Below, in pieces: positions 42,194-56,396 of a stretch of DNA of 64,000 bases; positions within the stretch are counted from its first letter, which is position 1; the number at the start of each line of letters is the position of its first letter. The notes below the pieces were generated by a model. That model was not told where the DNA came from. It did no database searches and saw only the letters and a program-made list of their open reading frames with translations. This DNA is from Eledone cirrhosa. Lineage: Eukaryota. The stretch covers positions 396,862,001 through 396,926,000 of the forward strand of contig OZ024740.1 of NCBI GenBank assembly GCA_964016885.1. The letters run 5' to 3'. Position numbers and translations under genes: made by a program.

Positions 42194-42446
42194 GAATAAT
42201 CCAGAATCGGAAAATCAGCTTACGAAATCACGATAAACAATATCCGACATGTGTGGCAGAGGGCTCAATAATTTGGATAAATCAGAGCTATAACCATCGT
42301 TAAATTACCAACACATAGAGATTATGCCTAAAATCACCCGTGCAGCCGAAAAAGAACGACCAGGAAGATTCGGGTCACTCAAATAAAATATCAATAAATC
42401 AATAAGTTAAATGAATGTAAAAAACTCACATGTATATATATATATA

Positions 42447-42628
42447 ATTGTTTCTACTTTAGGCACAAGGCCAGCAATTACCCAGTGCATTACTGGTACT
42501 TTATTTTATCGACCCCGTAAGGATGAAAGGCAAAGTCAACCTCGGCGGGATTTGAACTCAGATCGTAAAGGGACGTAACTATGCTGGAAAGCATGGCGTC
42601 CGACCCTCTACCGATACTGCCAATCCAC
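42447..42628 (-). mobile_element. tRNA-derived SINE (octopus OR-like)
   Basis: Reverse complement of the 50468-50652 family, near full length. Confidence 0.88.
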
Positions 42629-43557
42629 GTGCTTTGTTATATGTATAACAACCACGCACACACAAATTGAATGAGCACTCAATACTGGTGACTAGGGTGT
42701 AGAAATATATTTTCTGAGTAGCAGTGACTTTAATGTTTCAGCTTAGTTGATTCATCTATGTGTATATGTGAATGTGTCCTTGTTGGATCAGCATCATCTT
42801 TGATGAAAAGTATTCTGGTTGTTTGAAGAATGGAATAGTCTGCAGGAGAATTTAACCTGCAAGAGGCTGAGCATTCAACAGACACGTGTAATCTGTTCCC
42901 TTAACGAAGTTCTCAGAGAAATTCAGTATTTCACAGTGACTGATAATGTTAGCCTTTTGAAACATAGGTACAACATTATTTTGTCAGTTGAGGGGACTGG
43001 AAGAATGGGAAATAAAGTATCTTGATCAAGGACACAACGAGCAACTATGAATAGAACTCACAATCCTGTGATCGTGAGCTGAATCCCATAACCACTAAAC
43101 CACAAGCATTCGCATACAAACATACACACACACAAACACATACACACATATACACACATATATGCACACACACACATATATATATACAAACGCATATAAA
43201 CAAACCAGTGACACACACACATGCGAAGTGAGAGACAAACAGGTAGATGGACAGAAAGTGAATGACATGAAAAGAAATAGATGATAATGAAGATAAAAGA
43301 AGAGTAAAAACAAATTTAAATGGCAATGTAGTAGACTCTGTAAAGAATAGTATTTCTATTTAAGTTTATTTCCGTTTTTCCTTTTGCTTCATCTATTCTA
43401 TCTTATTCAACTCCCACTACCGGCACTATGAGCCAATGAGGGAGCCACTATAAAGTCACTTGGTTTGCTAAAAATAACAGCTAAATCTCATTCAAATCTC
43501 CTTCAACCATTTGTATAAATGCATAAATGCATCATCATCATCATCCTCCTCATCATC

Positions 43558-43613
<56 letters not shown>

Positions 43614-43747
43614 TACTAGGGAGAGGATCAGGGGTGTATAACACTCCACTTATCCAGCAGGCAGTATAAGGTTAGCTCGATGTCTGAGGACAGAGCCGTG
43701 ATATAATAAATAACAAAGAATGCCTATAGCATATGCATATCTTTACT

Positions 43748-43793
43748 TGCTAACATTGTTTCATCCGTACTATAAGTGGGACTCATCAGAGCA
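43748..43793 (-). ncRNA. Minimal type I hammerhead ribozyme (left arm)
   Basis: Exact reverse complement of 43973-44018. Confidence 0.8.
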
Positions 43794-43972
43794 TAAAGGT
43801 TAATTACATACCATACAAGCAATAACAAATCCAAGACATTGAAGAATGAAAAATAACAGAAGATAAAGGATATTAGGATATTAAGGATATTAATATCCTT
43901 TATCTTCTATTATTTTTCATTCTTCAATGTCTTGGATTTGTTATTGCTTGTATGGTATGTAATTAACCTTTA

Positions 43973-44018
43973 TGCTCTGATGAGTCCCACTTATAGTACG
44001 GATGAAACAATGTTAGCA
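43973..44018 (+). ncRNA. Minimal type I hammerhead ribozyme (right arm)
   Basis: UGCU-CUGAUGA-GUCC(cacuuauaguac)GGAU-GAAA-CA a UG-UU|AGCA: canonical core, GUU cleavage triplet. Confidence 0.8.
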
Positions 44019-44057
44019 AGTAAAGATATGCATATGCTATAGGCGTTCTTTGTTATT

Positions 44058-44130
<73 letters not shown>

Positions 44131-44544
44131 GAGAAGAAAGAAGAATACTGCGTGGTTGCACATGGGTTACATATGATAAAAATAGTCCTTCGTCAGTGAT
44201 TTTCCAACCATCATTGGTATTTCATCGCATTATATATATATATATATATACACATACATACATACAGAGGACTCAATACTTGGGATAATAGAGTGTGAAT
44301 ATATTAGAGAGTCAGGGTCCGACAGCTGAGCTCTTGCTGTCAAAATGGCAAGTGCTCAGTTGTTGCACTCTCAATTCTCTAATATATCATCCTCACTGTT
44401 TTCCGCTGATTCTTCCACGCTAGCATGGGTTAGACGGGTTGTCCTGTTGTGGGAAATGTTAGGTTGGCTGACTTTGTCTTGCTCATACGGGAACTGATTT
44501 TGGCTCGATTTCTACAGCTGGATGCCCTTCCTATATATATATAT

Positions 44545-44577
<33 letters not shown>

Positions 44578-44619
44578 CGATATTAAATAAATGGAAATTA
44601 TATTTATAAAACCATATTT

Positions 44620-44683
44620 ATTTCATTATATATATTTCAGGGATATCATATTAAAAATATGTTATGCCTTCTTCAGACAAAAT
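44620..44683 (-). ncRNA. Type I hammerhead ribozyme (left arm)
   Basis: Reverse complement of 47704-47767. Confidence 0.7.
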
Positions 44684-45421
44684 ACAATATAAACAGTCTT
44701 ATAAATAGATAGATTCGACATACCTTTCAACATCGACTTGCATTTGAAAAGTTGATTTGGTAGTAAAAATATTATGGACAGTTGTAAAAAGAAAGAAAGA
44801 AAGAAAGAAAAACGAAGAAAAAGAAGAAATGCATGCAACAAAATAGAGAGAGATAGAAAGATAGATAGAGAGAAGAAATTCATGTAAAGAAACAGAGAGA
44901 GATATATAGAGAGAGGAAAAAAAAGAGGGAGATAGATAGAGAGAGAAGAGAGAGAGAGAGAGAGAAAATATAGAGAGATAGATATAGATAGAGATAGAGA
45001 GAAAGAAACTAGGTAGTTGAGCACCAGTTGAATGACGTATCAATGATACATTTATTTATTTATTTATTTATTTATTTCGCTCTAGTATTAATGTAGAGAG
45101 AGATATATGTGGTTAGGAGAGAAAACAGCCGTTATATAGAGAGAAAAAAGAAAAATAACCAGACATAAACGAGGCAGATTTAAAACACTATGTTTCATCA
45201 ATGCAGAAATATTAGTTCGTATAAAACAGGCATTATAATGTAAATATCAGTATTCATGAATGAGACACGTATCTATAATGTGTGAAAAATAATGATCATA
45301 TGTCTAGTTTAAAAATCCATAGGTCTACACCAGAGCCGAGATAAAATAGAAGGTTATCCCATATTCAATACTATAAACATGTGAATTTACGTGATCAGCT
45401 CAGCAAATTCCTATTTCACAC

Positions 45422-46370
45422 GAACCACCCCAGATCTGTTAAAAATACTATAGTAAACTCTGTTCAAAAACGTATCTCTAGAATCTCATCTAATAAAGAG
45501 ATTTTCGACGAAAAAGCCCACTATTACAATGAAGCGTTAGCTAGAGCAGGATATAGTGATACAATTATGTACATAGATAATGATAGACAAACTAAACAAA
45601 ATAACAACTATTTTAATTACGGCCACAACTTTAACAACTATAATAGAAAGCATTACAATAATTCCAAAAGCCAAAAAAGAAATAGAACTAGGAATATAAT
45701 ATGGTTTGCCCCCCCTTTCTCACTAAACATTAAAACCCACATCGCTAAACTATTTTTTAAAGCTCTTGATAATCGCTTCCCTGGAACACATAGGTATCAC
45801 TCAATTTTCAATAGACATACTATAAAATTAACATACTCATCCACCAAAAATTTAGCACAAAATATTAATAGAATAAATAATAGGAACTTAAAACCTAGCC
45901 AACATACCGATAATAGCATAAATAATATCCAAGTTAACAAATGTAACTGTAGAGATAGATCTAAATGTCCGTTAAATAACAATTGCTTAGTTAAAAATAT
46001 AATATACAACTGTAATGTTAAAACGGACTTTAATTCTTTTAACTACGTTGGTTCCACATCGACGGAATTTAAACTTCGCTATAATAACCACAGGAATTCT
46101 TTCACAGATCCAAGCAAAACATCTTCAACAGCACTATCAGGCGTACTCTGGCAACTTAGACATGATAACGTTAGATATTCGACGGCTTGGAATATAGTCT
46201 CAAGAGGGATTCCTTTTAATTCATCCTCTGAGACATGTGACCTCTGCGCGGAGGAGATATTCTTTATACTAAAATCTAAAAATTCCCTTAATTTACGGAC
46301 AAATTTATTCAGTTGCTGCAGACATAGATTGAACTCAACTTTTAAATATAAATTTAAATTTAAAATGTAG
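45422..46370 (+). pseudogene. Penelope-like C-terminal region (thumb, linker, GIY-YIG endonuclease); open frame, 5'-truncated
   Basis: NHP..V...I..RIS..SS....F..., IIWFAPPFS, CNCR...CPL...CL..NIIY...YVGST...FK.RY.NH..SF, ST.LS..W, C.LC..E, LN.R.....CRH. The Cys pattern is as I recall for the Naiad clade. The first ~14 aa of the track ORF come from the inverted arm. Confidence 0.88.
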
Positions 46371-47703
46371 TTTATTTAGTTTGATTTGTAATTATTTATG
46401 AAACTCGCCGATAAATCTTTCGATTTCTTCTTTTTTATTTTAAACATTCTTCATGAATAATTAACTACCCTAAAAGCTGATGCTCCAAATATATCGAATA
46501 AATTTTACACTAGATAAACTTCTATATTAAATACAAGAACATATGTAGACCAAATGGGTATCCTAAACTTTTGGAATGTTTTCTGCTAGACAGGATTTGG
46601 TAAATAATTTTTGGTTTTGTTTGCTTTTGATTCTGATGATTATAATGAACTTGGCAATATATTGTCGACTAACTTTGAAGGGCTGATCTCTGTGGTGGAT
46701 TTGCGGGGCATACTATGTTTTATTTTTAATATTTTTTAATATTTTTTAATATTTTTTAATATTTTTATTTTAATATTTTTTAGTTTTCTGTCTATTTATT
46801 TTTTGTTTCTGATATTTTTATTAATGTATTGGTGTCTGTTCTCTATTTCTGCTTGAACGATGATCATGTAGAGTAAAGACAAGAATAGTATTGTTAAAAT
46901 GAATATAGACTCTATATATATATGTGTGTGTACACATATATGTGTACTAGAATTTTTATAGCACAATGAGAATGTTTTCGTGTGAAATAGGAATTTGCTG
47001 AGCTGATCACGTAAATTCACATGTTTATAGTATTGAATATGGGATAACCTTCTATTTTATCTCGGCTCTGGTGTAGACCTATGGATTTTTAAACTAGACA
47101 TATGATCATTATTTTTCACACATTATAGATACGTGTCTCATTCATGAATACTGATATTTACATTATAATGCCTGTTTTATACGAACTAATATTTCTGCAT
47201 TGATGAAACATAGTGTTTTAAATCTGCCTCGTTTATGTCTGGTTATTTTTCTTTTTTCTCTCTATATAACGGCTGTTTTCTCTCCTAACCACATATATCT
47301 CTCTCTACATTAATACTAGAGCTAAATAAATAAATAAATGTATCATTGATACGTCATTCAACTGGTGCTCAACTACCTAGTTTCTTTCTCTCTATCTCTA
47401 TCTATCTCTCTATATTTTCTCTCTCTCTCTCTCTTCTCTCTCTCTATCTATCTTCCTCTTTTTTTTCCTCTCTCTATATATCTCTCTCTGTTTCTTTACA
47501 TGAATTTCTTCTCTCTATCTATCTTTCTATCTCTCTCTATTTTGTTGCATGCATTTCTTCTTTTTCTTCGTTTTTCTTTCTTTCTTTCTTTCTTTCTTTT
47601 TACAACTGTCCATAATATTTTTACTACCAAATCAACTTTTCAAATGCAAGTCGATGTTGAAAGGTATGTCGAATCTATCTATTTATAAGACTGTTTATAT
47701 TGT

Positions 47704-47767
47704 ATTTTGTCTGAAGAAGGCATAACATATTTTTAATATGATATCCCTGAAATATATATAATGAAAT
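47704..47767 (+). ncRNA. Type I hammerhead ribozyme (right arm)
   Basis: AUUUUGU-CUGAAGA-AGG..CAUAU/AUAUG..CCU-GAA-AUAUAUAU-A|AUGAAAU. Stem I has two GU pairs; stem III is palindromic. Confidence 0.7.
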
Positions 47768-47895
47768 AAATATGGTTTTATAAATATAATTTCCATTTAT
47801 TTAATATCGTAAATATACTCCAAATACTTGTTGAGTGCTTTTATATCAGTTATAAATATTTACTCGTTGTAACCCAACAATTTAAATATAACTTT

Positions 47896-47958
<63 letters not shown>

Positions 47959-47964
47959 AATGTA

Positions 47965-48560
47965 TGTGGCGCTACTGGTAACATGTATCCCAGTACAACC
48001 TGTTTCATGGTCGGGTCGTTGGCGACTAAACTAGCAATCACACCAAGGTTTCTTGGTGAGGAGGGTGACTTTGGACATCCTGCAGGACTAAAAACAAAAC
48101 CTGTCAAAGGGCAAAGGAGCTCTTAAGAGTCAATGGCCATCCAAAATCAGCGGGAGAGATGACTCCTTAGCCTTTGTCAAGGCAGAATTCTAGGAGAAGG
48201 AAAACTCTGATATAACACCTGCAACCCTGATGGTATCCAATGATGTTGACTTGTTCTTCTTTTTGGTAAATATCATCTTGGTTAAGAGAGTGTGACTGGC
48301 TTTGTGCAGTGCCTTTGCTCACTATAAAAGCTTCACGGCACAGGCATTGCTTTATATCTGGAGATCTCTCTGCACTTGTCGTCACATGGTACCATGGGCC
48401 CAGCACTGTGTCAATAATTGTCACAAGTGTAGTGTTTGTACCAGAGTTTTCAAGTCGCTGGCTGGACTAAAAAGTCACACTCGTTCAGCGCATCGGTAGG
48501 GATTCTCCTACATGGATATAAAGTAGTGGCCGTACTCGAAAACGAGTTGGCAGCCACCAT
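47965..48560 (+). mobile_element. Internally deleted RTE-like element (5' UTR-like part joined to C-terminal zinc finger and 3' end)
   Basis: CSVCTRVFKSLAGLKSHTRSAH C2H2 finger at the ORF end, 3' hairpin-like gtggc..ctcg....cgag..gccac and tatg tail. No EN or RT between. Confidence 0.55.
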
Positions 48561-49156
48561 GTATGTATATAAGTATGATTGTGTGTGTGTGTGTGTTTGT
48601 TTATATTGGAGGTCTCAAATTATATAATTCAGCAAATGTTTTGAAAAACTAAAAGTCAGTACATTATTCCATTGCCAAGCCTAAGACACTGTCAAGCATT
48701 AAGGATATAGGAAAAACTTAAGAAAGAATGAAATAATCTATTATTGATTCAACATATATAACAAAAACCAAACAAAAAAGACAAACAAATAAACAAATAT
48801 TCACATTCTACAAATAATTCTTTGTAGAAGATATTTTCTTTGATTGGTTTAGTTGTTTGGCCCACTTTAAACAAATTCTCAAATGTTTCATTGACCAGGT
48901 TATGAAACAGACCCATTATCAAAATCATTCCAATATTCATCTTATCTTTTATTTAGATAAAGAAGATCTAGGAATATACTGTTCAATGTGTGCTTCTGTT
49001 TGTTTTAGATGGTAGGGCATGATTTTAGGGAGACTTAGCTGCTACTTGAACATCTTTATAGATAATCCTTTGTTTTCTTTGGAAAGGATGTCAACAGAAG
49101 TGGAGGAATTACAATAACAATAATTCTAGCTTTGTTGCAAACATTGATTAAGTTAA

Positions 49157-49351
49157 CTCTTAATGTCCCGTACCCAACGAAACCACATTCTTGAGAAGTG
49201 CAAAATAATGCTATGACTACATAACATTAAAAAATTAGTTTACTGAAAATTTTCATAATGATCTGTCAACTAGTAAAGATGCTATAGTTATTTAAATTAA
49301 CAAACCTCACTTTTAGATATTTTTTGGTAAAGCAGTACAGGATGTTAAGAG
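49157..49351. mobile_element. TTAA-flanked MITE
   Basis: TTAA|ctcttaatgtcccgtac...gtacaggatgttaagag|TTAA. Confidence 0.7.
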
Positions 49352-49386
49352 TTAACATAATTGATATTAGAGTTGATATAGCTTGA

Positions 49387-49606
49387 CCCATTAGCATTTA
49401 AACTGACCGTATCCAGCGAGAATTCTCTCACCTCTTTCTTTTCAAATGGCTGTAACTGGCCACTCATACTGATGTTAAGGTATTGTTCTCAAAATAAATA
49501 ACATCAAAATCTCATAGATTTGATATTATGTGAGATAATTATGTGATATAAAGCCTTTACCGTGAAAATGAAATAGCAAATATATAGTAATGTAAATGCA
49601 AAAGGG
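49387..49606. mobile_element. piggyBac-type MITE
   Basis: cccattagcattt...aaatgcaaaaggg|TTAA; inverse homolog of 35501-35910 without the SINE. Confidence 0.75.
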
Positions 49607-50467
49607 TTAATTTTATATATTAGTGTTTGAAAAGACTGTGGCATCTGTCTTACAGAGAAACTTCAATACTAAACAAAATAAATAAACCTAATTTGACCCG
49701 CCAACACATGCCAAAATTCTTTGGCATTAATTTTAAAACAGACTCAATGTATGATGAATAATAATTTATGTCAAACAGTCCTTGATTACTTGCAAGTGTA
49801 GGAAACAATTTAAACTGTTATTAGTAATTTCTTCTCAATCCACCAAAAGACAAATTGAACAACACTAATAGCAGAAATAATTATGTAAACCTGTTACCTT
49901 ACTTTATGAATCAATACACACGTTTTAACACAAGGATGCCATTGAGTATCTTTATGTTTATCATATAACACTGATAGATTTAATAATGTTTATCATTTCC
50001 TTCAAAGGAGTATAGTTAGTTGATATAACCCCTCTATATTACCACTACTATTGTATTGACCCTAGAAAGACTGGATGGGAATTCAACTCAGCATGTAAAA
50101 GGATGAAACCAAATACTGTAAAGCTATTTGTATTCATTCTATTGATACATTTTGCAGGGAAGAGTCATAAATGATAAAATCAACCTGAGTACATATATGA
50201 CTGGTACTTATTTTATTGAATTTGAAGGAATGAAAGGTAAAAGCTGACTTCAGCAGGACTTGAACTCAGAATGTATCGATATGAAGTTATATACTGTAAA
50301 GCATTTAGTCCAATACTTTTATATTTTTAACCATTTCATCAGCTTAATATTATTAATTATATTTTCATACACATTATAAAGGGTTTTTCTTCATATATAA
50401 AAAGCATAGGCATTAAAAATTGGGCACTTGTTTAAAATGAATTATTATAATTAAGAGCTTTCCTCAG

Positions 50468-50652
50468 ATGGTGGATTGGCAGTATCGGTAGAGTGTCGGA
50501 TGCCATACTTTCCAGCATAGTTATGTCCCTTAACGATCTGAGTTCAAATCCCGCTGAGGTTGACTTTGCCTTTCATCCTTACGGGGTCGATAAAATAAAG
50601 TACCAGTAATGCACTGGATAATTGCTGGCCTTGTGCCAAAAAGTAGAAATAA
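50468..50652 (+). mobile_element. tRNA-derived SINE (octopus OR-like)
   Basis: A-box-like tggcagtatcggtag, B-box gagttcaaatccc, then gactttgcctttcatccttacggggtcgataaaat. attataattaaga is repeated on both flanks. Confidence 0.88.
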
Positions 50653-51716
50653 TTATAATTAAGACCTTTTCTAAAACCTTGTTTTAAATGATTTGATATC
50701 CACTAATAAAAGGTGCTATATATACGTATATATCATCTTGTAGTTTTTCCCAGGTCAGCCCTGATTGAGAAGACCTAAGATTAAAAGCAATGCAGCTATG
50801 ACAGCCCTATTCTTCACTATGATGCACAATATGTAGGACTACATAATCCAATGTATATCTCCTTTCTCCAAGATTTGTAAAGTTATATCATATCACATTT
50901 TGTGAACACATTGTTGATTACAGATACCAGTCATTGGTTCATTGCTTTTATCATAGTGAGAGTGACAAAGAGTGCATGTGCAACACAGGAGGAATAATGC
51001 CACAAAATATGTATTGTCTTGTTGATATTTGCATCATACATTGGCAAATAATATTCACATGTATGTATACACAAACAACAGGTTTGTTTGTTTGGCCCTG
51101 GCAAATAATAAAAATATGTAACTTGAAGATACTTAAATATTTATGATATGAGGATATTTATAATTTGAAGATAAACAAATATATATGTACATAAATTTTT
51201 GAATTTCTGTAATGTGTATGTGCATTCATGTACAAGCATGAGATTTAAAGAATATACAGATTGATACAATATAAACAGATATATAACATATATTTATATT
51301 TATGAGACTATAAATAATATGAGAGAATTTTCTTTTACTGTTTCCCATTCATTTTTCATATGTGGGATGATCTATTTGCTCACATAATGGCTTTCTTTTT
51401 TGCAGATAGGTGTCATTCTAACTGCTAAAAACTCAACCATGAAGTAGGAGTGGAATATGGTTTGGGAGTAAAGAATATGCTCTGCTTGGGAGCACAGCAC
51501 ATTCGAGAGTAGTAAGATTTAAACTCATATCATATCATATTATTTAGATTTGAAATAGCCATCACATAAACAAAATCAGTCCCCTAAAATGCCAGCTAAA
51601 GATGTACATCAATATAAATTATAAATCCACACACCAGTGCTTCAAAATGGATTACATCAATTCTATAGCCAGAGAGCTTACCTGAATATGTAAAAACCCG
51701 AGTCTGGTTATATAAT

Positions 51717-51874
51717 TGTTTCTACTTTTTGGCACAAAGCCAGCAATTACCCAGTGCATTACTGGTACTTTATTTTATCGACCCCGTAAGGATGAAAGGC
51801 AAAGTTAACCTCGGCGGTATTTGAACTCAGAATGGCAAGGGCCGTAACTCTATGCGTCAAAGCATGGTGTCCGA
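51717..51874 (-). mobile_element. Same SINE, 5'-truncated, with a 13-bp target-site duplication
   Basis: ctggttatataat at 51704-51716 and 51875-51887. Confidence 0.88.
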
Positions 51875-52322
51875 CTGGTTATATAATGAATGGTCAGTCT
51901 TAGAACTAAAATTTCGTTTCTCCTCACTGCCCCCTAACTTATCCAAACCCACAAACTTGTCTCAATATGGAGATATAGTTATAAATGTTTAATATGGAAC
52001 GTGATGAAACATTTAAAAAACCCTTTGAAATATTATTAAGATAAAATTATGTCAGTAGTGTATACCATACAGTTTGAATTTGAATGATCTTGATAAACTA
52101 TCCTTAATCTCCATACTCCTTCCTATATATTAATAATAATAATAATGAAATTATTGTGTACAGTGCTCAGGTGCACTACAACTCAAATTTTTGTTATCAT
52201 TTAATCAGCAGAGAAAGAGCAGTACGCATGACTCTTTCAGAGCCTCCAAAAATTATGGGAAAGAAGGAGGAAGGTATCCTCAAATTGGAGACCTGGCCTG
52301 ACTGTTTGCAACACAATGGACT

Positions 52323-53569
<1,247 letters not shown>

Positions 53570-53573
<4 letters not shown>

Positions 53574-56396
53574 ACCAGAACAACCTGCCACCCTCTACAC
53601 ACCATCATAAACTGCGAGCAGGGTACAAATTGTTGTCCTTAAATGCTCGCAGTTTATGCAACAAGATACATCTGTTCGAATCCTACGTCAGAAGCATCGA
53701 CCCTGACTTCATCACAATCACGGAAACATGGGCACATTCCTTACTCTGTGATGGGGTTTTCACCATTACTGGGTACAACCTTTTCCGCAAGGACCGCATT
53801 AACCGCCGTGGTGGTGGTGTGATGGTCTACGTTCGTTCAAACTTTTCGGTAATTCCTTGCGTTGATTTGAACGAATCACAGGAAGAAGTTTTTTTTCTGT
53901 GACATACGTATGACCATGTCAACACTTCTGCTTGGTGTTGTTTATCGCCCCCCAAACTACCATCAGGACACACAGCTTTGCGATATCCTCAGAGTTGCTG
54001 CCAAGAAAACAGCCACTTATGTGTTTATTGCAGGTGACTTCAATCATCCTGAGATCGATTGGGAAACCTTTCGTTGGCCACAGGGTGCAAACGATTTCCT
54101 TGAACTAGTGCTGGACTCAAACTGGTCACAAGTAGTCACCTCTCCAACAAGAGGTGACAACACTTTGGACCTGATCTTCACCACTACTCCTGAAGTGGTT
54201 ATCAGTTGTACTACTGAGGAACCTCTAGGCGACTCTGATCATGCTATGATCATTGCCAATCTGGCACTTGAGGGCAGCAACAAAAACCAGGGCCATCTCC
54301 AATCTGCTTGCTTTGATTGGAAGAGGGCGGATTGGAACTTGTACTGCACTGAGCTGCAGCGCCCAAACTGGCATGAGATGTATAACTCTGGAGATGTGAA
54401 CTCTATACTCCAGAGCATCCTGGACTCAATATGGATAGCGTGTGCAGTATCAGTGCCACGGAAGCGGAAAAATAACCACCCCAAAAGTGCAATCTGGGAA
54501 ACTTCAGCGGTCCAACTTGCCAAGAAAGAATGTCGCAACGCTGAACGGGAATATAAACTGCATAGATCAGATGCCAACAGAAAAAAGCGGAATAAATCTT
54601 CTAACCATCTCAAGCAAGTGACAAAGAAGGCAGTGCTTGAATTTGAACAGTTCATCGCAACCAATCCTGACAGTAAGGTGTTCTGGAAATATGTTCATTC
54701 AAAGCAGAGACCTCACTCTCCAGTTGGTCCTCTTCGCAATCCCCACACAAGCCAGATCACTGACGATCCCAAGGAATGCGCAGAACTCATTGCTGAGTGC
54801 TATGCAAGTATTTTTACTGTTGAAAACCAGAATGTACCATCTCCACCATCTCTAACATCAAATTCCATAACAACTATGGAATTTACACCTGCAATGTTGC
54901 GACGTCACCTTAAGAATAAGCGCAACTATGCCTCCCCTGGTCTTGATGGTGTGACATACCTGCTTCTCAAACGTGGCGGGGATTTCCTTTTGCGCCAGCT
55001 TTCTTTTTTCTTTCAATACTGTCTCAGCAATGGTGCTACTCCGGAGCAGTGGAAAACTGCCAGTGTCATTCCCCTGTTCAAAAAGGACAACCGCATGTCA
55101 CCTGTCAACTATCGTCCAGTCAGTCTTACTAGCTGTATGGCCAAACTGATGAAATCCTGTGTCAGAGAAACACTTTGGAACTTCTGGAGCTCTCACAGCC
55201 TCATCCGGCCCTCACAGTTTGGATTTATCCCTAACTCCAGCTGCTGTGATCAGCTTATCGAGTTCCTTGAGGACATCACCCGGATCACTGACAGCGGCTC
55301 ATGGGTGGATGTTGTTTACCTTGACTTTGCTAAGGCTTTTAATTCGGTGCCACACAAAAGACTTATGGCAAAACTCTCTGCAATGGGTGTGAGGGATGAT
55401 CTTTTCGACTGGCTGAAATCCTTCATTCTCAGCCGAAAGGAAGTAGTCACGGTTCTAGGACAGCATTCTTCACCATATGAGATGTCATCTGGTGTACCAC
55501 AGGGATCTGTTCTTGGTCCTCTTTTGTTTGTGGCATATATTAATGACATAGATGCCAACTTACAGAATGCTACGGTACTAAAATATGCAGATGACATCAA
55601 GCTGTACCTTGAAATCAAAAGGACTGATCCTGAAATTTACAACTCTTTCCTACAATCAGACCTGGACACAATGCAGCAATGGATCACAGACTGGCAACTG
55701 AAGCTGGCTGTGGACAAGTGTACCACCATGCATTTTGGAAGGAAAAATCCAGCGTCCACATACTCCCTCCACAACACTGACATCAAAAAGTCCTCTTGTG
55801 AACGTGACCTGGGCATTACTGTCAGCAACGATTTGCGTTGGACAAAGCATGTCTCTAAGATTGTCAAGAAGGCCGAGGGTGTCTTGGCATCACTCAGCAA
55901 GACCTTTGTTAGCCGCTCTCCAGCCATCTATTTGAAACTGTATACAGCTATGGTGTGACCACACTTGGAATTCGCATCATCAGTCTGGAACCCCTATCTT
56001 GCTCGGAACATTGACCTCCTGGAAACTGTTCAGAGACGTGCAACCAAGCGCATACCCTCCATCAGACACCTACCATACTCTGAATGCCTTGCTTCCCTGG
56101 GCATGGATTCATTGAAGCTCCGACGTCTGGCAATGGACTTGGTGAATACCCACAAAGTTTTTAACCATCTCGCCAACTGCAACCCTGAGCGCCTCTTTGA
56201 TCTCCATGTGTCTAACACACGTGGACATGCCTACAAGATAAGAAAACAGCACAGCTCCCATGACTTTCGCAGACATTTTTTCACGCTCAGAGTTGCTGAA
56301 GCATGGAACAAACTGCCTGCGTCAATTGTTAGCTGCCGAGACACTGCATCCTTTAAGACACTCATGCTTCCCGAAATACGCCAAAACTACACCTGA
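53570..56396 (+). pseudogene. LINE ORF2 (APE endonuclease and reverse transcriptase) with two lesions
   Basis: LNARSL, ITETW, RKDR..RGGGV, VYRPP, GDFN, LDL, SDH, SPGLDG, NYRPVSLTS, QFGF, YLDFAKAF, GVPQGSVLGP, YADD, RDLG, FF..RV...WN.LP. One +1 frameshift at the T8 run 53889-53896 and a TGA (likely from CGA) at 55956-55958. Confidence 0.93.

Larger units (their letters stand above)
43611..44064. mobile_element. Palindromic hammerhead-bearing insertion in (TA)n
   Basis: Arms ~43702-43873 and ~43892-44064 with tail 43611-43700 on the left. The centre has short aggatatta reiterations. Confidence 0.85.
44577..47898 (+). mobile_element. Penelope-like element (Naiad-like), 5'-truncated, with ~840-bp inverted arms
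   Basis: 44577-45424 is inverse to 46977-47810. Tail 47811-47898 is on the right only. GIY-YIG ORF inside; TA flanks. Confidence 0.9.

Noticed and set aside
46395-46650. SECIS or extra hammerheads downstream of the Naiad-like ORF
   Set aside because: No in-frame UGA and no SECIS quartet partner. ctgatgc (46476) and ctgatga (46633) lack proper stems and GAAA.
44662-47688. Duplicated hydrophobic ORFs (also the 100-aa pair at 16711 and 18063)
   Set aside because: Chance frames in low-complexity 3' regions, duplicated by the inverted arms.
51667-51705. Minus-strand donor cag|gtaagc
   Set aside because: No convincing acceptor or open exon upstream.
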